The notes under the pieces are model-generated. The model had not been told where the DNA came from and searched no databases. It worked only from the letters and a program-made list of their open reading frames with translations. The position numbers were made by a program, and so were the translations under genes. A DNA stretch of 49,810 nucleotides from Kofleriaceae bacterium. GTDB lineage: Bacteria > Myxococcota_A > Polyangia > Haliangiales > Haliangiaceae. The stretch covers positions 1 through 49,810 of the forward strand of contig JBKJLC010000292.1 in assembly GCA_046597055.1 (NCBI GenBank), in the 5' to 3' direction. Below, piece by piece: positions 48,239 through 49,810 of this stretch. The number at the start of each line of letters is the position of its first letter. Position 1 is the first letter of the stretch.

Positions 48239-49810
48239 CGGGGACCTCCTTGGCGAGCGGGGACCGTGGGCGCGGGCCCCACGGCGGCGGGAACGCCGGG
48301 TTCGGAGATCGGTGCGAGCGCGACCTCCCGGGTGACCTTGCGCCACTCGGTGGGCTCGCCGTTCTTGCTCTTCTTGCCCCACACCGGGTCGGAGATGAAC
48401 ACGGTGACGCGGCTGGCGACCTCGCCGGGGCGCTTGACCACCACCGGGCCGTCGACGCCGGGATCAGGCTGGCCATCGCCGTCGAAGTCCCAGCGGATCG
48501 CGGCGGCCTGCCGGACGCCGTGGCCGGGGTCGGCGGTGAACTCGACGCCGGCTGCCACCGTCCGCCAGCGGAACGACGGGCGGTCGGCCCGCGAGGTCCA
48601 CAGGAAGATCGCGGCGGCGCCGAGCACGATGCCGACCAGGTAGCGCTGGACCTGGCCGTTCTGCACCCAGCGCGACATGCGGCTGAAGGTCGTCATCGCG
48701 AAGCCGGTGCCATTGACGACGACGGTGTCGATCATGAAGCGGTCGACCACCTCGAACAGGCCGCGGGCCAGCATCCGGAACGGGTTGACGATGATCATCT
48801 CGTAGAGCTCGTCGACCCAGAGCTTGTTCTTCGAGGCCTCGTACACGGCCTGGCCGGTCCCGTCCGCGGTCTGGCGCGCGACCCACGCTGACGGACCCTT
48901 GCGGTAGAGCAGCGCCGCCAGCGCGATGCCGAGGAGCCCGGCGCCGGTGGCGACCCCCATGAGCAGCCACTCCTTCCAGGCCACGATGTGCGGCAGCACC
49001 GACGGCTCGGCGCCGTGGCCGAACATCGGCGCCAGCGAGTGCGACAGCCAGGTCGGCAGGAAGGTCGTGTACTTGTTGACCAGCGGGCCGAACACGTGGG
49101 GCAGGCCGATGAAGCCGGACAGCACCGACATGACCGCCAGCACGACCAGCGGGCCGGTCATGCTCTTCGGCGACTCGTGGGGGTGGGCGACCAGCTCCTT
49201 GCCGCGGTACTCGCCCTCGAAGACGAGGAAGTACAGCCGCCACATGTAAAAGGCGGTGCCGAGCGCGGCGACGATCAGCACGACGTAGAGCATGGGGCCG
49301 AGGAAGCTCGGCCAGCCGTCGTGGCGCGCGGCCCAGGCCCCGGCGAGGATCGCGTCCTTGGAGAAGAACCCGGCGAACAGCGGGAAGCCCGCGATCGCGA
49401 GGCAGTAGACCAGGAAGCACAGCCGGGTGACCGGCATGTACTTCTTGAGCCCGCCCATGATGCGGATGTCGCCCGAGCCGTCCATCCCGTGCATCACGCT
49501 GCCGGCGCCGAGGAACAGGCCGGCCTTGAAGAACGCGTGGGTCATCAGGTGGAAGATCGCGGCGGTCCAGTTGCCGGTGCCGACCCCGACGAACATGAAG
49601 CCGAGCTGGCTGACGGTGGAGTAGGCCAGGACCTTCTTGAGGTCGGTCTGGGCGAACGCCATGAACGCCGCCACCACCGCGGTCAGCGCGCCCACGATCG
49701 CGACCACGGCCAGCGCGGTGGTCGAGTGCGCGTAGAGGAACGAGCAGCGGGCGATCATGTAGACGCCCGCGGTGACCATGGTCGCCGCGTGGATGAGCGC
49801 CGACACCGGG
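48235..49810 (-). CDS. nuoL: NADH-quinone oxidoreductase subunit L (5' part outside window) with C-terminal PKD-like extension
   Basis: PVSALIHAATMVTAGVY, DLKKVLAYSTVSQLG, HAFFKA, GFFSKD, QNGQVQRY. Confidence 0.96.
   Translation of the reverse strand, partial: PVSALIHAATMVTAGVYMIARCSFLYAHSTTALAVVAIVGALTAVVAAFMAFAQTDLKKVLAYSTVSQLGFMFVGVGTGNWTAAIFHLMTHAFFKAGLFLGAGSVMHGMDGSGDIRIMGGLKKYMPVTRLCFLVYCLAIAGFPLFAGFFSKDAILAGAWAARHDGWPSFLGPMLYVVLIVAALGTAFYMWRLYFLVFEGEYRGKELVAHPHESPKSMTGPLVVLAVMSVLSGFIGLPHVFGPLVNKYTTFLPTWLSHSLAPMFGHGAEPSVLPHIVAWKEWLLMGVATGAGLLGIALAALLYRKGPSAWVARQTADGTGQAVYEASKNKLWVDELYEMIIVNPFRMLARGLFEVVDRFMIDTVVVNGTGFAMTTFSRMSRWVQNGQVQRYLVGIVLGAAAIFLWTSRADRPSFRWRTVAAGVEFTADPGHGVRQAAAIRWDFDGDGQPDPGVDGPVVVKRPGEVASRVTVFISDPVWGKKSKNGEPTEWRKVTREVALAPISEPGVPAAVGPAPTVPARQGGPR

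Overview
Very high-GC bacterial chromosomal segment, most consistent with a myxobacterium (Myxococcota; inferred from gene families such as many Ser/Thr kinases, an MshEN protein and Gly-rich lipoproteins). Housekeeping genes: nadC (partial), fbaB, dnaG-rpoD, trpS, tRNA-CAT (probably Ile2), C4 zinc-ribbon protein, rnpB, typA, folE, malQ and nuoL(partial)-nuoM-nuoN. They are interspersed with lipoproteins, an outer-membrane beta-barrel plus CPBP protease operon, a tandem pair of RlaP/YcgL-type nucleotidyltransferases, an FHA-wHTH/kinase cassette and two short paralogous kinase-P-loop genes. The most striking signal is at 30.9-35.6 kb, where a possible regulatory circuit can be read from the DNA. 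A BldC/MerR-type HTH protein with a CarH-like B12-binding fold lacking the cobalt-ligating His sits divergently from a folE-ECF sigma operon whose start carries a 9-bp repeat array. Four genes of the cluster, including the regulator itself, share a GTAACC-N16-CnTC ECF-type promoter 8-10 nt before their start codons. Also notable: a PKD-like domain fused to NuoL and a recurrent leaderless-mRNA promoter signature. No CRISPR array, integrase or transposase was seen. All calls come from reading motifs by eye; no database searches were run.
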